A stretch of 64,000 bases of DNA from an uncultured Armatimonadetes bacterium (GCA_963717145.1 OY970325.1:2048001-2112000); one strand, 5' to 3'; positions 33,412 through 46,016 are shown, counted from the stretch's first letter. Numbers and translations: made by a program. The notes: generated from the sequence alone by a model not told the origin.

Positions 33412-33648
33412 TTACGACCGCTTACCATTAAAGTCGGCCTGAATCGCCGTCATCTTTAGGTCGTTGGCCTGCACCGACTTCCATTTTTTATAGATCTCGC
33501 AGTCCCGGCATTCGGTCAGGTTGGCCTTGGAGCAGCATGGGACGCTCACAAGATCCCAGCAGTTCAGGCCTTCGGCATACGCCCTGCACTTCAGGTAGTA
33601 GCTCGCGGGACACCCTTTGACACTATAGTCACTGCACTTGCTTGCCAT
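33412..33648 (-). CDS. Small Cys-rich protein (8 Cys; resembles a 'two-CW'-type metal-binding domain)
   Basis: 78 aa after RBS AAGGAGG; GCP..CRAY..NCW..CC..CRDC. Confidence 0.7.
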   Translation of the reverse strand: MASKCSDYSVKGCPASYYLKCRAYAEGLNCWDLVSVPCCSKANLTECRDCEIYKKWKSVQANDLKMTAIQADFNGKRS

Positions 33649-33832
33649 GTCCGCCTCCTTGTGCCCCGGTCTAACCGGTTCAGAGAGGCTCAGCATCCGT
33701 GATAGGGGGACGCCGGTCTTCTGACAGGCTCAAAATGCAAAAAACCAGGCTACCACAGCTAATCGCTCGGGTCACCGCCGTTGAGTAGGAATCTGAGATC
33801 CCTTCCCAACGACGGCTACTGCGCGGCTAACT

Positions 33833-33923
33833 TCGGCAGCCTGGCTATCGTACCCCGGCCTCCGGCTGGCGGGGTTTAGATCCATGGCTTTGCGTCTCCA
33901 CCTTTCGGCGGATTTGCCTTTAT
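33833..33923 (-). ncRNA. c-di-GMP-I (GEMM-I) riboswitch aptamer
   Basis: mRNA GGCAAATCCGCC-GAAA-GGTGGAGACGCAAAGCCATGGATCTAA...GATAGCCAGGCTGCCG. Confidence 0.93.
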
Positions 33924-34316
33924 CGTGAAACGCGGTATCAAGTGTCTTACGTCTAACTTATGCCATGTTTGCCATCACTGTGACCTGGTAATTATGCGGG
34001 TTAATGCTGGAAAAAACGCGGGGAGGCGTAACCTGGCGTGTGCGTTCGCCGTTATACACATAGTGGGGTTTGTCGCCCCGCGATCGAGGCACGGAGTCCC
34101 GGCGCCGTCCAAGCTCTCCTGGCTTCGTGCCTCGAATTCATTTCGTCGGGAACGAACTGAGCCGAAGAGAAGTCAAACCGGTAGAGGCGCAACGAATGAG
34201 GCTGAGGCAAAAACTATCTGCATGGCTGCTGACGGCGGCGATCCTGTTCGTAATGAGCACGAGGGCACTGGGAGCCGGGTGACACATGGAACACCGGAAG
34301 CAGACTCATTAGGCGT

Positions 34317-36521
34317 CTATCTGACCACCAACACCACCGCACTTCGACCCGGGACCTTGATCGTCTGCTCGGCGGAAGTACTCCTCGCGGATGATTCGAG
34401 TCCGTCCGGGCCGATACGCTCGATGGTGAATCCCTTCGAGGCCGTGATCCCCACGCGAACGAGAGGCAAGTGAACCTCGACCTCGTGCTCCCCATCCGAC
34501 ATGTTCGCGAGCAGGACTCCGAGCGCGCCGTCCTCCGCCTGCCATGCCGAGCCGATGACCGAGGGCGTGTCGATCTTATATGATCCGCTGAACGAGCCAC
34601 TCCCTTCGCCTGTGAGACGCGGATTGTCGCCGGTCGGTGTGATCAATCCGAGGAATCGGCCATCGGTGAGGAACCCATGAGCGAACCGCCTGGTCCGCGC
34701 GAGGGTCCGTAGGTATTCGGCCTCATCCCTGTTCTCCTCGGCCATGATGAGCGCCGGCTGAATCCATCCCAACTGCGCGCCGAAGATGAAGCAGCGGGCC
34801 GTCTTGTAGTCGAACGGAAGGCCCTTCTGGAGATCGGTCGCCGGATAGTACAAGAAGCCAAAGTTGATCACCCGCCCGGAGTAGACTGCCGGCCAGAGCG
34901 GGATGATCGGATGCTCGCCGGTCGGGCTGTTCACGAGCAGGAGCGCATCGAACTGATCGAGCCAGCACTCGGCGTTCTCCTCGGTCGTGATCATGCGGTC
35001 TTTCGGCAGCAGTTTCCGCGTCTTGTCGAGGAGCTTCCGATAGCCGCGATACCAGAAGTCGCCGCCGCCGATGGGATGCCCGTGGCTCGGATCGAAACAC
35101 TGCACGGGATACGCCGCGCATATCTGGTCGATATAGACGCCGTTCACGTTGAGTTCCGAGATCATCCGCTTCACGAGGCCGGAAACCTTGTCCTGCCATT
35201 GCGCGGTGTAGGGACACATCGCATTCAGCGGGACCTTCGAGCCGTAGACTTCGGTGTACGGCTCGCCGTTCTCCTGGCGCGCGGCCCATTTGTCCCCGCC
35301 CTCGATCCAGGTCTTCGAATTCGGATCGCAGAGCCGGCCGTTGATGTACGGCATCACGTATGTGCCGGCATCCTGGACCTCCCGAATGCCCTCCGCGAAT
35401 CCCGGGAGCGGCGGGAAGTACTCGGGGTAGAGGGTGTCATACGGAATCTGATGCCAGCGATACCAATGGAGCGAGGTCGGCACGTCGAAGAACGCGAGGG
35501 CCTGCTTCGTGACCTCGACGTTCTGCTCGGCGGAACCATCCGGTCGGAGCCAGAGGTCGGTGTCTTTCACCCAGTCCGGGATCGGACGCTTCGAGACCAG
35601 GCCGGCGCTCCCCCATTTCGTGGTGAACGTCCATTTGCGGTAGATCTGAGCCGCGTCCCAGTAATCGCCATCGAAGACGCCGACCGCGATATCGTAGGGC
35701 AACGTGAACATACCGTCTGAGACTGCGGGGTAGTTGGCGATCGTAGCGCCGACGCCATCCTCGCGGGCGCTCGCACTGAGGCGCTTGTGATTGGCATTCG
35801 GATCGTGGGCGGCGATGTAGAGTCCTCGTCCATGGTTGTAGAAGGCGACGAACTGCATCGCCGCCGAGCACGAGGGATATGTGCCCCCGTATCCGACGCC
35901 CGGCCTCATCGAGTATTCGACGCCCCACCCCGCCGGCGCCGCGAGCTTGAGGCCCTCCTCCTGCTTCACGTTGGGGATGATCGGGAAGTCGGCACGCATC
36001 AGCTTCCAGCCCTGAGGGAGCTTGACCTTGAGCGACCAGTAGGAGATCGGATCGCCCGCTTCGAGCCGGACGCTCATCGTCACGATCGCGGAATGAGGTC
36101 CGAGAGGGATCGTCCATGTGAACTCGGTCCGCCCAGCCGTGTAGTGGCCGTGCCTCTGTGCCGGCCTGCTACCGGGGATGGCCGGCACAGAGGCGCGGCC
36201 ACTACACTCAGCGCGGACGCCTGTCAGCTCCGCCTCACCGCTGCCGACCTCGCGCGAGGCGTTCTCCGGGCCGCGGAGGTCGAGCTTCCAGAGCGATGCG
36301 CCCGGTCCGAACGCGCCGAGCCGCTCGCCGCCACGCCCGGAGATGCTCGTGAGGGCCAGACGCTTGTCGGACGTGCCGAAAGTCACGCTGACCTTCCCGT
36401 TCTCGAGATTGACGCTGTCTGAACCCTTCGAAACCTTCACGGGCTGTGCCGCCATGACTGCCTCCATCATCCAAAGCCCCAACAGGACCGGGGCGATCAA
36501 CCGAGCGATCTGTCTCACCAT
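34317..36521 (-). CDS. Secreted DUF6259-like putative glycoside hydrolase
   Basis: Signal peptide; W...PYDTLYPEYFP, PYING, MCP, GVYIDQI, CFDPSHGHP motifs. Confidence 0.7.
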   Translation of the reverse strand: MVRQIARLIAPVLLGLWMMEAVMAAQPVKVSKGSDSVNLENGKVSVTFGTSDKRLALTSISGRGGERLGAFGPGASLWKLDLRGPENASREVGSGEAELTGVRAECSGRASVPAIPGSRPAQRHGHYTAGRTEFTWTIPLGPHSAIVTMSVRLEAGDPISYWSLKVKLPQGWKLMRADFPIIPNVKQEEGLKLAAPAGWGVEYSMRPGVGYGGTYPSCSAAMQFVAFYNHGRGLYIAAHDPNANHKRLSASAREDGVGATIANYPAVSDGMFTLPYDIAVGVFDGDYWDAAQIYRKWTFTTKWGSAGLVSKRPIPDWVKDTDLWLRPDGSAEQNVEVTKQALAFFDVPTSLHWYRWHQIPYDTLYPEYFPPLPGFAEGIREVQDAGTYVMPYINGRLCDPNSKTWIEGGDKWAARQENGEPYTEVYGSKVPLNAMCPYTAQWQDKVSGLVKRMISELNVNGVYIDQICAAYPVQCFDPSHGHPIGGGDFWYRGYRKLLDKTRKLLPKDRMITTEENAECWLDQFDALLLVNSPTGEHPIIPLWPAVYSGRVINFGFLYYPATDLQKGLPFDYKTARCFIFGAQLGWIQPALIMAEENRDEAEYLRTLARTRRFAHGFLTDGRFLGLITPTGDNPRLTGEGSGSFSGSYKIDTPSVIGSAWQAEDGALGVLLANMSDGEHEVEVHLPLVRVGITASKGFTIERIGPDGLESSARSTSAEQTIKVPGRSAVVLVVR
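36139..36207. repeat. GTAGTGGCCGTGCCTC palindrome inserted in frame in the DUF6259-like gene
   Basis: 69 bp (multiple of 3), read as CSGRASVPAIPGSRPAQRHGHYT; nearly identical to intergenic 3768-3836. Confidence 0.9.
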
Positions 36522-36661
36522 TGATGTACACCTCTCACCACGGCCATTCCTCGCACATGATAGCAGAAAGGCCCATCGGCAACAAAATCGGCCCGAGCAT
36601 CGTCTAACTAGTGAGGAACCACTTGGGCAGCCGCGCTCGCTCATTCGCGCCCCCAAATCCC

Positions 36662-36690
36662 TTGCATTTGGGGGCAGGCTGTGGTAAAAT
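36662..36690 (+). promoter_or_regulatory. Sigma70-type promoter for tRNA-Ser
   Basis: TTGCAT-17 nt-TAAAAT with extended -10 TG. Confidence 0.65.
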
Positions 36691-36707
36691 CATCTTGACC
36701 TGAGCGT

Positions 36708-36799
36708 GGAGAGGTGGCTGAGTGGTCGAAAGCGGCCGCCTGCTAAGCGGTTATGGGGGTAATACTCCATCCCGGGTTCGAATCCCGGCCTCTCCGCCA
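36708..36799 (+). tRNA. tRNA-Ser (anticodon GCT), CCA encoded
   Basis: GGAGAGGTGGCTGAGTGG..GCCGCCT-GCT-AAGCGGT, long variable arm, GGTTCGAATCC..CTCTCCGCCA. Confidence 0.97.
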
Positions 36800-36918
36800 T
36801 TGTTTTCAGGACCGTCTGCCTCAATACTGCGATCCTGTTACGCGGAACAGTATAGTAACCCCCGGAGACACCCGATGATTATGCTGTAGGTACAAGGGAC
36901 AAAGGGGACAAGGTATCA

Positions 36919-37872
36919 ATGCGATTTCGATTGCCGCTGCTCCTGGGAGCGCTCATATTTGCCATTTCCGCTTGCTCTGCAGGCGGAAGCACGGTCGATG
37001 ACTACCTGAAGCTCAAGTCATCGCTGAAGGCTTCCGCGATCTCGCTCGGCGAGGTCAAGAAGAACATGTCCGGGCGAGTCGGCAACGTGATCGAACTGAC
37101 CGGAACCGTCTCCGGCACGATCAAGTCCGGCGGCACGAACAGCCTCATCCTCGCGTGCAGCGGCGAATCCCTCATCATCAGCGCCGACAAGCTCCCCGAC
37201 TGCGCCGCCAATGGAAACACCATCCGAGCGCTCGTGGAACTCGGGCCGAGGAACGTTGTGTGCCTCTCCGACCTGAAGCTCCGTGGGGCCGCCTACGAGT
37301 GGGAAGTCGCCAAGCGGGAGAAGGAATTGACTTCGAAGGCCGCCAAGCCTCAGCCTGCTCCGGAGCGTTCGCGTCCCCAACTGACCTCTCGCGGCGGAGC
37401 GAAGCCCTCCGAACGGATTATGTCGATCTTCGAGCCGTACAAGAACGCGATCGCCAAGCTCAATCCACGCCTGAGCAAGGCCCAGCTCGAGGAGATCACG
37501 CTCAGCATCCTGACCTACAGCGAGTACTACGGCACGGACCCCAGACTCGCGGTCGCCCTGATAATCGCGGAATCGAACTTCAATGTCAACGCGACCTCGC
37601 CGAAGGGCGCGATGGGGCTCGGGCAGCTCATGCCCGGCACGGCGAAGGGACTCGGAGTGCGCAACGCGTATGACCCTCAGCAGAACATCGCGGGGTGCAT
37701 CAAGCTGATGAGCGGCCACCTCAACAAATACGGCCACCTGTCGCTCGCGCTTTCGGCCTACAACGCGGGTCCGGGCGCGGTCAAGAAGTACGGTGGAGTG
37801 CCGCCCTACCGCGAGACCCAGAACTACGTCGCCAAGGTGACCTCGATCTACAACGCGCTCTGCGGGAAGTAG
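36919..37872 (+). CDS. Lytic transglycosylase (SLT domain) with N-terminal extension
   Basis: [37 protein letters not shown]. Confidence 0.93.
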   Translation: MRFRLPLLLGALIFAISACSAGGSTVDDYLKLKSSLKASAISLGEVKKNMSGRVGNVIELTGTVSGTIKSGGTNSLILACSGESLIISADKLPDCAANGNTIRALVELGPRNVVCLSDLKLRGAAYEWEVAKREKELTSKAAKPQPAPERSRPQLTSRGGAKPSERIMSIFEPYKNAIAKLNPRLSKAQLEEITLSILTYSEYYGTDPRLAVALIIAESNFNVNATSPKGAMGLGQLMPGTAKGLGVRNAYDPQQNIAGCIKLMSGHLNKYGHLSLALSAYNAGPGAVKKYGGVPPYRETQNYVAKVTSIYNALCGK

Positions 37873-37983
37873 GCGGGGCAGACCGTCAAACCCGGAAGAT
37901 CCCACCTCTCCATCCACCTGCAGGTTTCCTGCTTCCTTTTCGCTAACACTGAGATACTGAAGAGTATCCGGAAAGGAAGCATA

Positions 37984-40022
37984 GTGAAACATATCCTCGT
38001 TGTCCTGCTGCTGCTCGCAGCGATGCCCGTGCATGCATCTGACGTCTACAACATCAAGTCCGATCTCTCCGAGAAGGAGTTGTGCCAGTTGTACGCCGAG
38101 GTGCTGCTCAAGTTCAGCCGATTCGCGGAGACCGTATGGAAGCAGTCGCCCGATGATCCGAAGGCCGGCTACTGGGGCAACGGAATCAGCGGCGGGAATG
38201 AGGGCATCCGGGCGGTCGGCAACACGGCACTGGTTTACGCGGTCCTCGCGAACGAGACCGATGCGCTCGATGAGGCCACTCGCCGAGCATACGTCGATCG
38301 AGCGCTTGCAGGCACACGATATGTCGCGATGAGCCATATCACCGGCGCGGGCAAGTGCATCGACGGCAAGCAGTGGGGCAAATCGTGGCAGTCCACGATG
38401 TGGGCCGCCAACATGGGGCTCGCCGCATGGATACTTCGGGATGAGATCGACCCCGAACTGCGGTCGGCAGTCGAGCGTGTGGTCACATACGAGGCAGACC
38501 GATTCCTCAACACCAAGCCCGGCGCACAGCGGTACGGCAACACCAGGGCGGAGGAGAACGGTTGGGACCAGATCCTGATCTCGCTCGCACCGAATATGCT
38601 CCCGGATCATCCGAACGCCGCTCAGTGGCGCGAGAAGTCGATCGAGTGGATGATGAATACCATCTCCGCGCCTCAAGATGCCACGGACACTACTGTGGTC
38701 GATGGCCGCCCGGTGAAGGATTGGTTCGTCGGCGCGAACACCCATCCCGATTTCATCCTCGAGAACCACGGCTTTTTCCATCCCAGCTACACGATGGTCA
38801 GCGCCGCGGAGATGGGCGAGGGCGCCTTCTTCTATGCCTACGCCGGCGACCCGATCCCCCAGGCCGCGGGACATCATCTGCTCGACAACTGGTGGGCGCT
38901 CCAGGAGTTCATGCAGCCCTCAGGCGAGTGGATCTCCCTCAGGGCATGGACTGGGAGCTTCACTCGGACAGCCATATCCACTATCTCGCATGGCTGGCGA
39001 TCTATGGGCGAGACCCGGTCGCGGCGATGATGGAGAAGCGAGTCGCCCAGAACATGAGGGAGCAGCAGCAGATCTACGGCACCGGAAGGCTCGCGGGCCC
39101 GGCGTCGAGCCTCGGATATGCGCGTGATTGCATCCAGACGGAACGGACGTCATATGCGCTCCTGTACCACAAGTATGTCGGGCTGCCTGCGGACGACCCG
39201 GTCGCCGCCGAGCGCACTTGGCGCGCAGTCAACGGCGTCCGCCGGCATGTCCACACAGACCTCATCACGCATCGAACCGGCAGCAAGTTCGCCTCGTTCT
39301 CCTGGAAGAATCACATAATGGGCGAGGTCGTCCCCATGAGCCCGGATCACGCGGGCAACCCGCACTTCACGACTCCGATCACGACCGGCTTCGTCGGGAG
39401 TTTCGCCATCGCCGATCCGAGCGCCAAGGGCCTGAAGGTCATCGAGCGCACCTGGCGGCCGTTGCCCGACGGGTTCGAGACGCGCGGGACACTGAGCATC
39501 AACGGGGGATTCCTCAAGCAGGAGGTCGTCTTCGCATCGGTCGGCGAGCGGGCGGTGGTCTATCTGGACCGAGTCACTGCGGAGAAGGACGTGCGGATCG
39601 AGCAGGAGATCGGAGTCCCGTTCGGCATCCAGAACGACGAGCTGAACGGCGACAGACGGACGCTCTACCATGACGGCGGGTCGCACGTCGTCACCGGTCC
39701 GGATACGGATCAGACGATCCGCGTTCCCGGCATGTGGGCCAACGTAGATGGCAGGCTTGGCGTCATCGCGCCGAGCGGAGGCCTCGTCTACCGCGACATG
39801 CCGAAGTACAACCGCAACGGCGCGCGGGAGGACTTCCTGTACGGATCGCTCTCAGCCGGGCCGCGGGAGTTCAAGGCTGGAGACGTCGTCGCACAGAGAG
39901 CCCTCGTCTTCCTGACCGAGACGAGCCCGGAAGAGACCGCCTCGCTGGCTTCGAAGGTGCGCCTGGATGGTGCGCGCTTGACGATCGAGCTGCCGGAAGG
40001 GAGCTATGCGTTCGATTTGTAG
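37984..40022 (+). CDS. Large secreted hypothetical protein, possibly a glycan lyase-like fold (frameshift near 38935)
   Basis: Signal peptide; NTRAEENGW and ENHGFFHPSY motifs; two overlapping ORFs join. Confidence 0.65.
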
Positions 40023-40195
40023 ATCAGCAGGACCGTATAGCTGAAGAACTCATGGCCTGCAGACGGTCCAAACTCGGTCGCGGCCATTTCGACGATGGCA
40101 TCATCATCCAGGCGGCTGAGAAATTCGTTCAACTGCTCGTGGACCTTCGGAAGCTTGTCCAGAGCGTTCGCATGGAACAGTTGCGCCTTCAGCAT
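40004..40195 (-). CDS. Small hypothetical protein (Cse60-like pattern)
   Basis: LNEFLSRLDDDAI...YTVLLIYK; 63 aa. Confidence 0.5.
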   Translation of the reverse strand: MLKAQLFHANALDKLPKVHEQLNEFLSRLDDDAIVEMAATEFGPSAGHEFFSYTVLLIYKSNA

Positions 40196-40248
40196 ATCTA
40201 GCACCCCCCAAACCACAAGACTTCACGCTGATGATAGTAATACCACGC

Positions 40249-40321
40249 GGATGTCATTCTGAGCGCAGCGAAGAATCTATCTGCGCGAGCCAGATTCTTC
40301 GCTGCGCTCAGAACGACATCC
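40249..40321. repeat. GTCATTCTGAGC-family palindrome
   Basis: GATGTCATTCTGAGCGCAGCGAAGAATCT / AGATTCTTCGCTGCGCTCAGAACGACATC. Confidence 0.9.
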
Positions 40322-40358
40322 ATTGCTTAGGTCTTCTATGCCCACGGGCAATTCACCT

Positions 40359-41276
40359 TCAGCCCACCCCGAGGAGCCTCAGAGTGAGTGGGATGGTGAT
40401 CAGGCTGAGCAGGGTCGCGGTGAAGATCGCACTGTTGGCAAACTTCCCGCAGTCACCGAACCGCCCGGCGATGACGGCGGACATCATGGCGCCCGGCATC
40501 GCCGATTCCAGCACTGTGACCTGATGCATCGTCCCCTGCACGCCGACGAGATTCATCGCATGATAGGTGAGCAGCGGGAGGACTCCAAGTTTGAGCGCGC
40601 ACGCCACCAGGACCGGGACGGCATACCCCTTGAGCGAACTCGCGCTCAGTGACAGCCCGAGGGAGATCATCACGAGCGGGATAGTGCCGTCGGAGAGATA
40701 TCCGATCGTGCGCATAATCGGCTCGGGAAGTACATACGGGCGAAGGATGAGCGCCAGGGGGATCGCCCACATGCTCGGCAGCTTGAACACCTTCAACATG
40801 TATTCAGCGCTGATCTTCTCGCCGCTGAAGGTCGTTGCCAGGAGTATGCCCAGCGTGTAGAGGGGGAACGCCATCGCCAGCTCGTCGTACATGACCGCCG
40901 TGACGAGCGCGCCCTTGTGGTGGAACGCGGCTTGAACGACCGGGTAGCCGAGAAATCCCGTGTTCCCGAATGCGCTGACGATGATCAGGCCGCCGATGAT
41001 GCGCCGATCGAGCCGGAGCGCTCGACCGATCAGCCACGCGAGGAGCATCACCACCAGCATCGTCGCGAACCCGAAGATCGGGACCTTGGCGATCTCGAGC
41101 GAGAGGTCGCCGTGATAGCCGTATATCGCCTCGAAGATGAACGCGGGCAGCGTCAGGTACAAGACGACCGTGTTCAGGATCTCCGCATCGCCGGACTTCA
41201 GGATGCGAGCCTTCTTGATCCCGTAGCCGGCAAACAGTAGCAGGAATATGGACAGAACAGTGCCTACGATGGACAC
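40359..41276 (-). CDS. AEC (auxin efflux carrier) family transporter
   Basis: About 10 TM helices; LPAFIF, GNTGFLGYP, ESAMP. Confidence 0.9.
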   Translation of the reverse strand: MSIVGTVLSIFLLLFAGYGIKKARILKSGDAEILNTVVLYLTLPAFIFEAIYGYHGDLSLEIAKVPIFGFATMLVVMLLAWLIGRALRLDRRIIGGLIIVSAFGNTGFLGYPVVQAAFHHKGALVTAVMYDELAMAFPLYTLGILLATTFSGEKISAEYMLKVFKLPSMWAIPLALILRPYVLPEPIMRTIGYLSDGTIPLVMISLGLSLSASSLKGYAVPVLVACALKLGVLPLLTYHAMNLVGVQGTMHQVTVLESAMPGAMMSAVIAGRFGDCGKFANSAIFTATLLSLITIPLTLRLLGVG

Positions 41277-41279
41277 AGG

Positions 41280-43647
<2,368 letters not shown>

Positions 43648-43665
43648 GACTCAGCCCTCCTTTTT

Positions 43666-43911
43666 GGGAAACACGAATCAGACGAATATTCGAATGGGAT
43701 AAGAACCACCCTCATGGCGTCCGCAACGTATGCTTCAAGGCCAGACTCATGCTCTCAAGCTGCCTGATCACGAATGGGAATGGGACTATTCGCGTCAGGA
43801 TTCGTGTCCAGGTACCGCCAGGGGAATAACGTACCGCATATGCCCCGTACCTGACATGGACGAGTAGTCTGGTTTCCCCATATTCGTCCATTCGTGAGAT
43901 TCGTGTTTCCC
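43666..43911. repeat. Inverted CACGAAT-type tandem arrays bracketing about 180 bp
   Basis: GGGAAACACGAATCAGACGAAT... and ...ATTCGTGAGATTCGTGTTTCCC (14-bp perfect terminal IR). Confidence 0.8.
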
Positions 43912-44687
43912 TACCGAAACAGCAGACTGCCCTTCCCAAGCTTCACGGCTGACTTGATCAGATCGGCGACGAAATCCTTTGCGAACCGGGCCGCAGACGG
44001 GACATCGTCTCCCAGCGCAATCCGCCCCGTCAGCGCCGCGGAGAAGGCGCATCCGGTTCCATGTACCGCTCTGCCCTCGATTCGGAAACCAGCCAACTCG
44101 GTGAACTCGTCGCCGTCGAACAGCAGATCGATCGGCTCTCCCGGGAGATGCCCGCCTTTTGCCAGCACAAACCTGCATCCGAAGCCGTGGATTATTTGCG
44201 CGGCACGTCTCAGATCATCGAGCGACCGCACCTCGAGGCCTGCGAGCATCCCGGCCTCGATCGCATTCGGAGTCACCACCAGGCATCGCGGGATCAGCCG
44301 GCGCTTCATACGCTGAATCCCCTTTGCGGAGAGCAGACGCGTGCCGTCCTTCGCCGCGATTACCGGGTCGAGCACGACGTTCGGTATCTCACGCCGATCG
44401 ATGCGCTCCGAGACGGTATCGACGGCCTGTTCCGCATAGAGCATGCCTATCTTGCAGGCATCGACGCCGATGTCTCGCATCACCGAGTCGATCTGGGCGG
44501 CGATGATCCTCGGCGGGACCTTGTGAATCTTCTGCACGCCAACGGTATTCTGTGCCGTGACAGCGGTCACCACGGTCATGCCATAGCATCCCAGTCGCTC
44601 GAAGACCCGCAGATCGGCCTGTATCCCGGCCCCAGCGCTTGGATCGGATCCGGCTACTGTCAAGACTCTGGGAATTGGACCAGTCAT
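43911..44687 (-). CDS. thiD: Hydroxymethylpyrimidine/phosphomethylpyrimidine kinase
   Basis: AGSDPSAGAGIQAD, TAQNT, KIGM, DPV, TPN..EA, KGGH, HGTGC. Confidence 0.96.
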   Translation of the reverse strand: MTGPIPRVLTVAGSDPSAGAGIQADLRVFERLGCYGMTVVTAVTAQNTVGVQKIHKVPPRIIAAQIDSVMRDIGVDACKIGMLYAEQAVDTVSERIDRREIPNVVLDPVIAAKDGTRLLSAKGIQRMKRRLIPRCLVVTPNAIEAGMLAGLEVRSLDDLRRAAQIIHGFGCRFVLAKGGHLPGEPIDLLFDGDEFTELAGFRIEGRAVHGTGCAFSAALTGRIALGDDVPSAARFAKDFVADLIKSAVKLGKGSLLFR

Positions 44688-44695
44688 TTTTCTTA

Positions 44696-45175
44696 TCAGG
44701 AAGCCAGGAAGGCAGGAAACCAGGAAGAATCGAAATCCTAGTCGTTGTCGCTATCTGTGTGTCTGTTGGCACGGACTCGTTTGACTTGCAGAGTCACCTT
44801 CGCGAAGTTCATCAGCAAACCGTGCTCACATCCGGCGGCACGCAAGTATGACCGGACAATTGCGAAATGCACATCTTCGAGAGTCTTGATGGCCTTAAGC
44901 TCAACTACAATCGTGTCATTGACGAATAGATCCAGGCGATGCATGCCGATCTCGACGCCATCATATTCGATGGACAACGGAACCTGCTGGCGAACTGACA
45001 AACCATTCTTCTCCAACTCAAGAACGAGAGCATTCTCGTATATGGATTCGAGAAACCCGGGGCCGAGCCTGCGATGAACCTCAATACCTGATCCGATGAT
45101 CTTGTCGGTAAGCTCACCATGTTCAAGGGCCATTTTCCAATCCTTCCTGGCTTCCTGAATTTCCTGGCTTCCTAA
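44696..45175. mobile_element. Putative mobile cassette: GxxExxY gene enclosed by inverted (NCAGGAAR)4 arrays
   Basis: Arrays at 44696-44727 and 45143-45175 are approximate reverse complements; mobility is inferred. Confidence 0.55.
44738..45133 (-). CDS. GxxExxY protein (PD-(D/E)XK nuclease superfamily)
   Basis: VHRRLGPGFLESIYENAL, RLDLFV, VELK, SYL..GLLMNF. Confidence 0.95.
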   Translation of the reverse strand: MALEHGELTDKIIGSGIEVHRRLGPGFLESIYENALVLELEKNGLSVRQQVPLSIEYDGVEIGMHRLDLFVNDTIVVELKAIKTLEDVHFAIVRSYLRAAGCEHGLLMNFAKVTLQVKRVRANRHTDSDND

Positions 45176-45957
45176 GAGATTCTCCCCAATAGCTCGCGTA
45201 GCTCTTTGATGATAATGGTCGGCTTCATATCCGGGGGCGCGGCCTCGACGTCCGCCATCGTTCCGATGCCCGTCAGGACGAGGACCGTGGTCGCGCCGAT
45301 TCGGTTGCCCGCCAGGATGTCGGTATCGAGCCGGTCACCCACGACGACCGTATCCGCGGGAGTCGCATGCGCCAACTGGAGGATCTCGTGCATGGCGGTG
45401 ATCTCGGGCTTCCCGATCATGATCGGCTCGACTCCCGTCGCGGCCTTGATTGCAGCGACGAGCACGCCGTTGCCCGGAACGACTCGGCCTTCCTCGAGAG
45501 GGAAAGTCGTGTCCGGATTCGTCGCGATGAAGGCCGCCCCACCGAGAATCGCGCGCTGAGCCCTGACGAGTGTGTCGTAGTTGAACTTGCGGTCGATGCC
45601 GACCACGACATATTCCACGGGCTCGTCGTCTGTCAGGTCCATCCCGATCGCCTCGAGTTCGCCCAGCAGACCGAATTCCCCGATTGCAAGACAGGAAGCG
45701 CCACAGGCTCCGTTCTCGGTCAGATAGAGCGCGGTGGCATAACCGGCGGTCATGATGTGGTCTATGTCCGCGGAGACGCCCATTCGCTGGAGCTTCTCCT
45801 GGTAGAAGGGTCGGGACTTGCTGGAGTTATTGGTGAAGAAGTAGACCTGATGGCCGAGACGCCGGAGGGACTGAATCGTGTCCGCCGCGCCGGGGAGAGG
45901 CTGTTCCCCGCGGTAGACGACTCCGTCGAGGTCGAATACGAACGTCCTGACAGCCAA
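45172..45957 (-). CDS. HAD-IIA (NagD-like) phosphatase
   Basis: FDLDGV, TNNS, ATNPD, IGKP, VGDRLDTDI. Confidence 0.93.
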   Translation of the reverse strand: MAVRTFVFDLDGVVYRGEQPLPGAADTIQSLRRLGHQVYFFTNNSSKSRPFYQEKLQRMGVSADIDHIMTAGYATALYLTENGACGASCLAIGEFGLLGELEAIGMDLTDDEPVEYVVVGIDRKFNYDTLVRAQRAILGGAAFIATNPDTTFPLEEGRVVPGNGVLVAAIKAATGVEPIMIGKPEITAMHEILQLAHATPADTVVVGDRLDTDILAGNRIGATTVLVLTGIGTMADVEAAPPDMKPTIIIKELRELLGRIS

Positions 45958-46016
45958 AATGTGCCCACCTTATCTAGCTCGAATATGGCACATTCTAGCA
46001 CGAGGGCATGATTCCC

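Noticed and set aside
31005-33923. 3',3'-cGAMP (Hypr GGDEF / GEMM-Ib) system
   Set aside because: Riboswitch has G rather than A at the position-20 equivalent, and the GGDEF domain keeps the canonical Asp (GHQQGD)
33925-34473. 182-aa plus-strand ORF
   Set aside because: No recognisable motifs; overlaps the riboswitch promoter region and the antisense 3' end of a real gene
36708-36799. tRNA-Ser as prophage or island attachment site
   Set aside because: No att duplication or integrase; downstream genes have host-like composition
37018-38877. 619-aa minus-strand ORF and similar long antisense ORFs
   Set aside because: Shadow ORFs of GC-rich genes on the opposite strand
45986-46000. Third sigma54 promoter (TGGCACATTCTAGCA)
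   Set aside because: GG-GC spacing is 9 nt rather than the required 10
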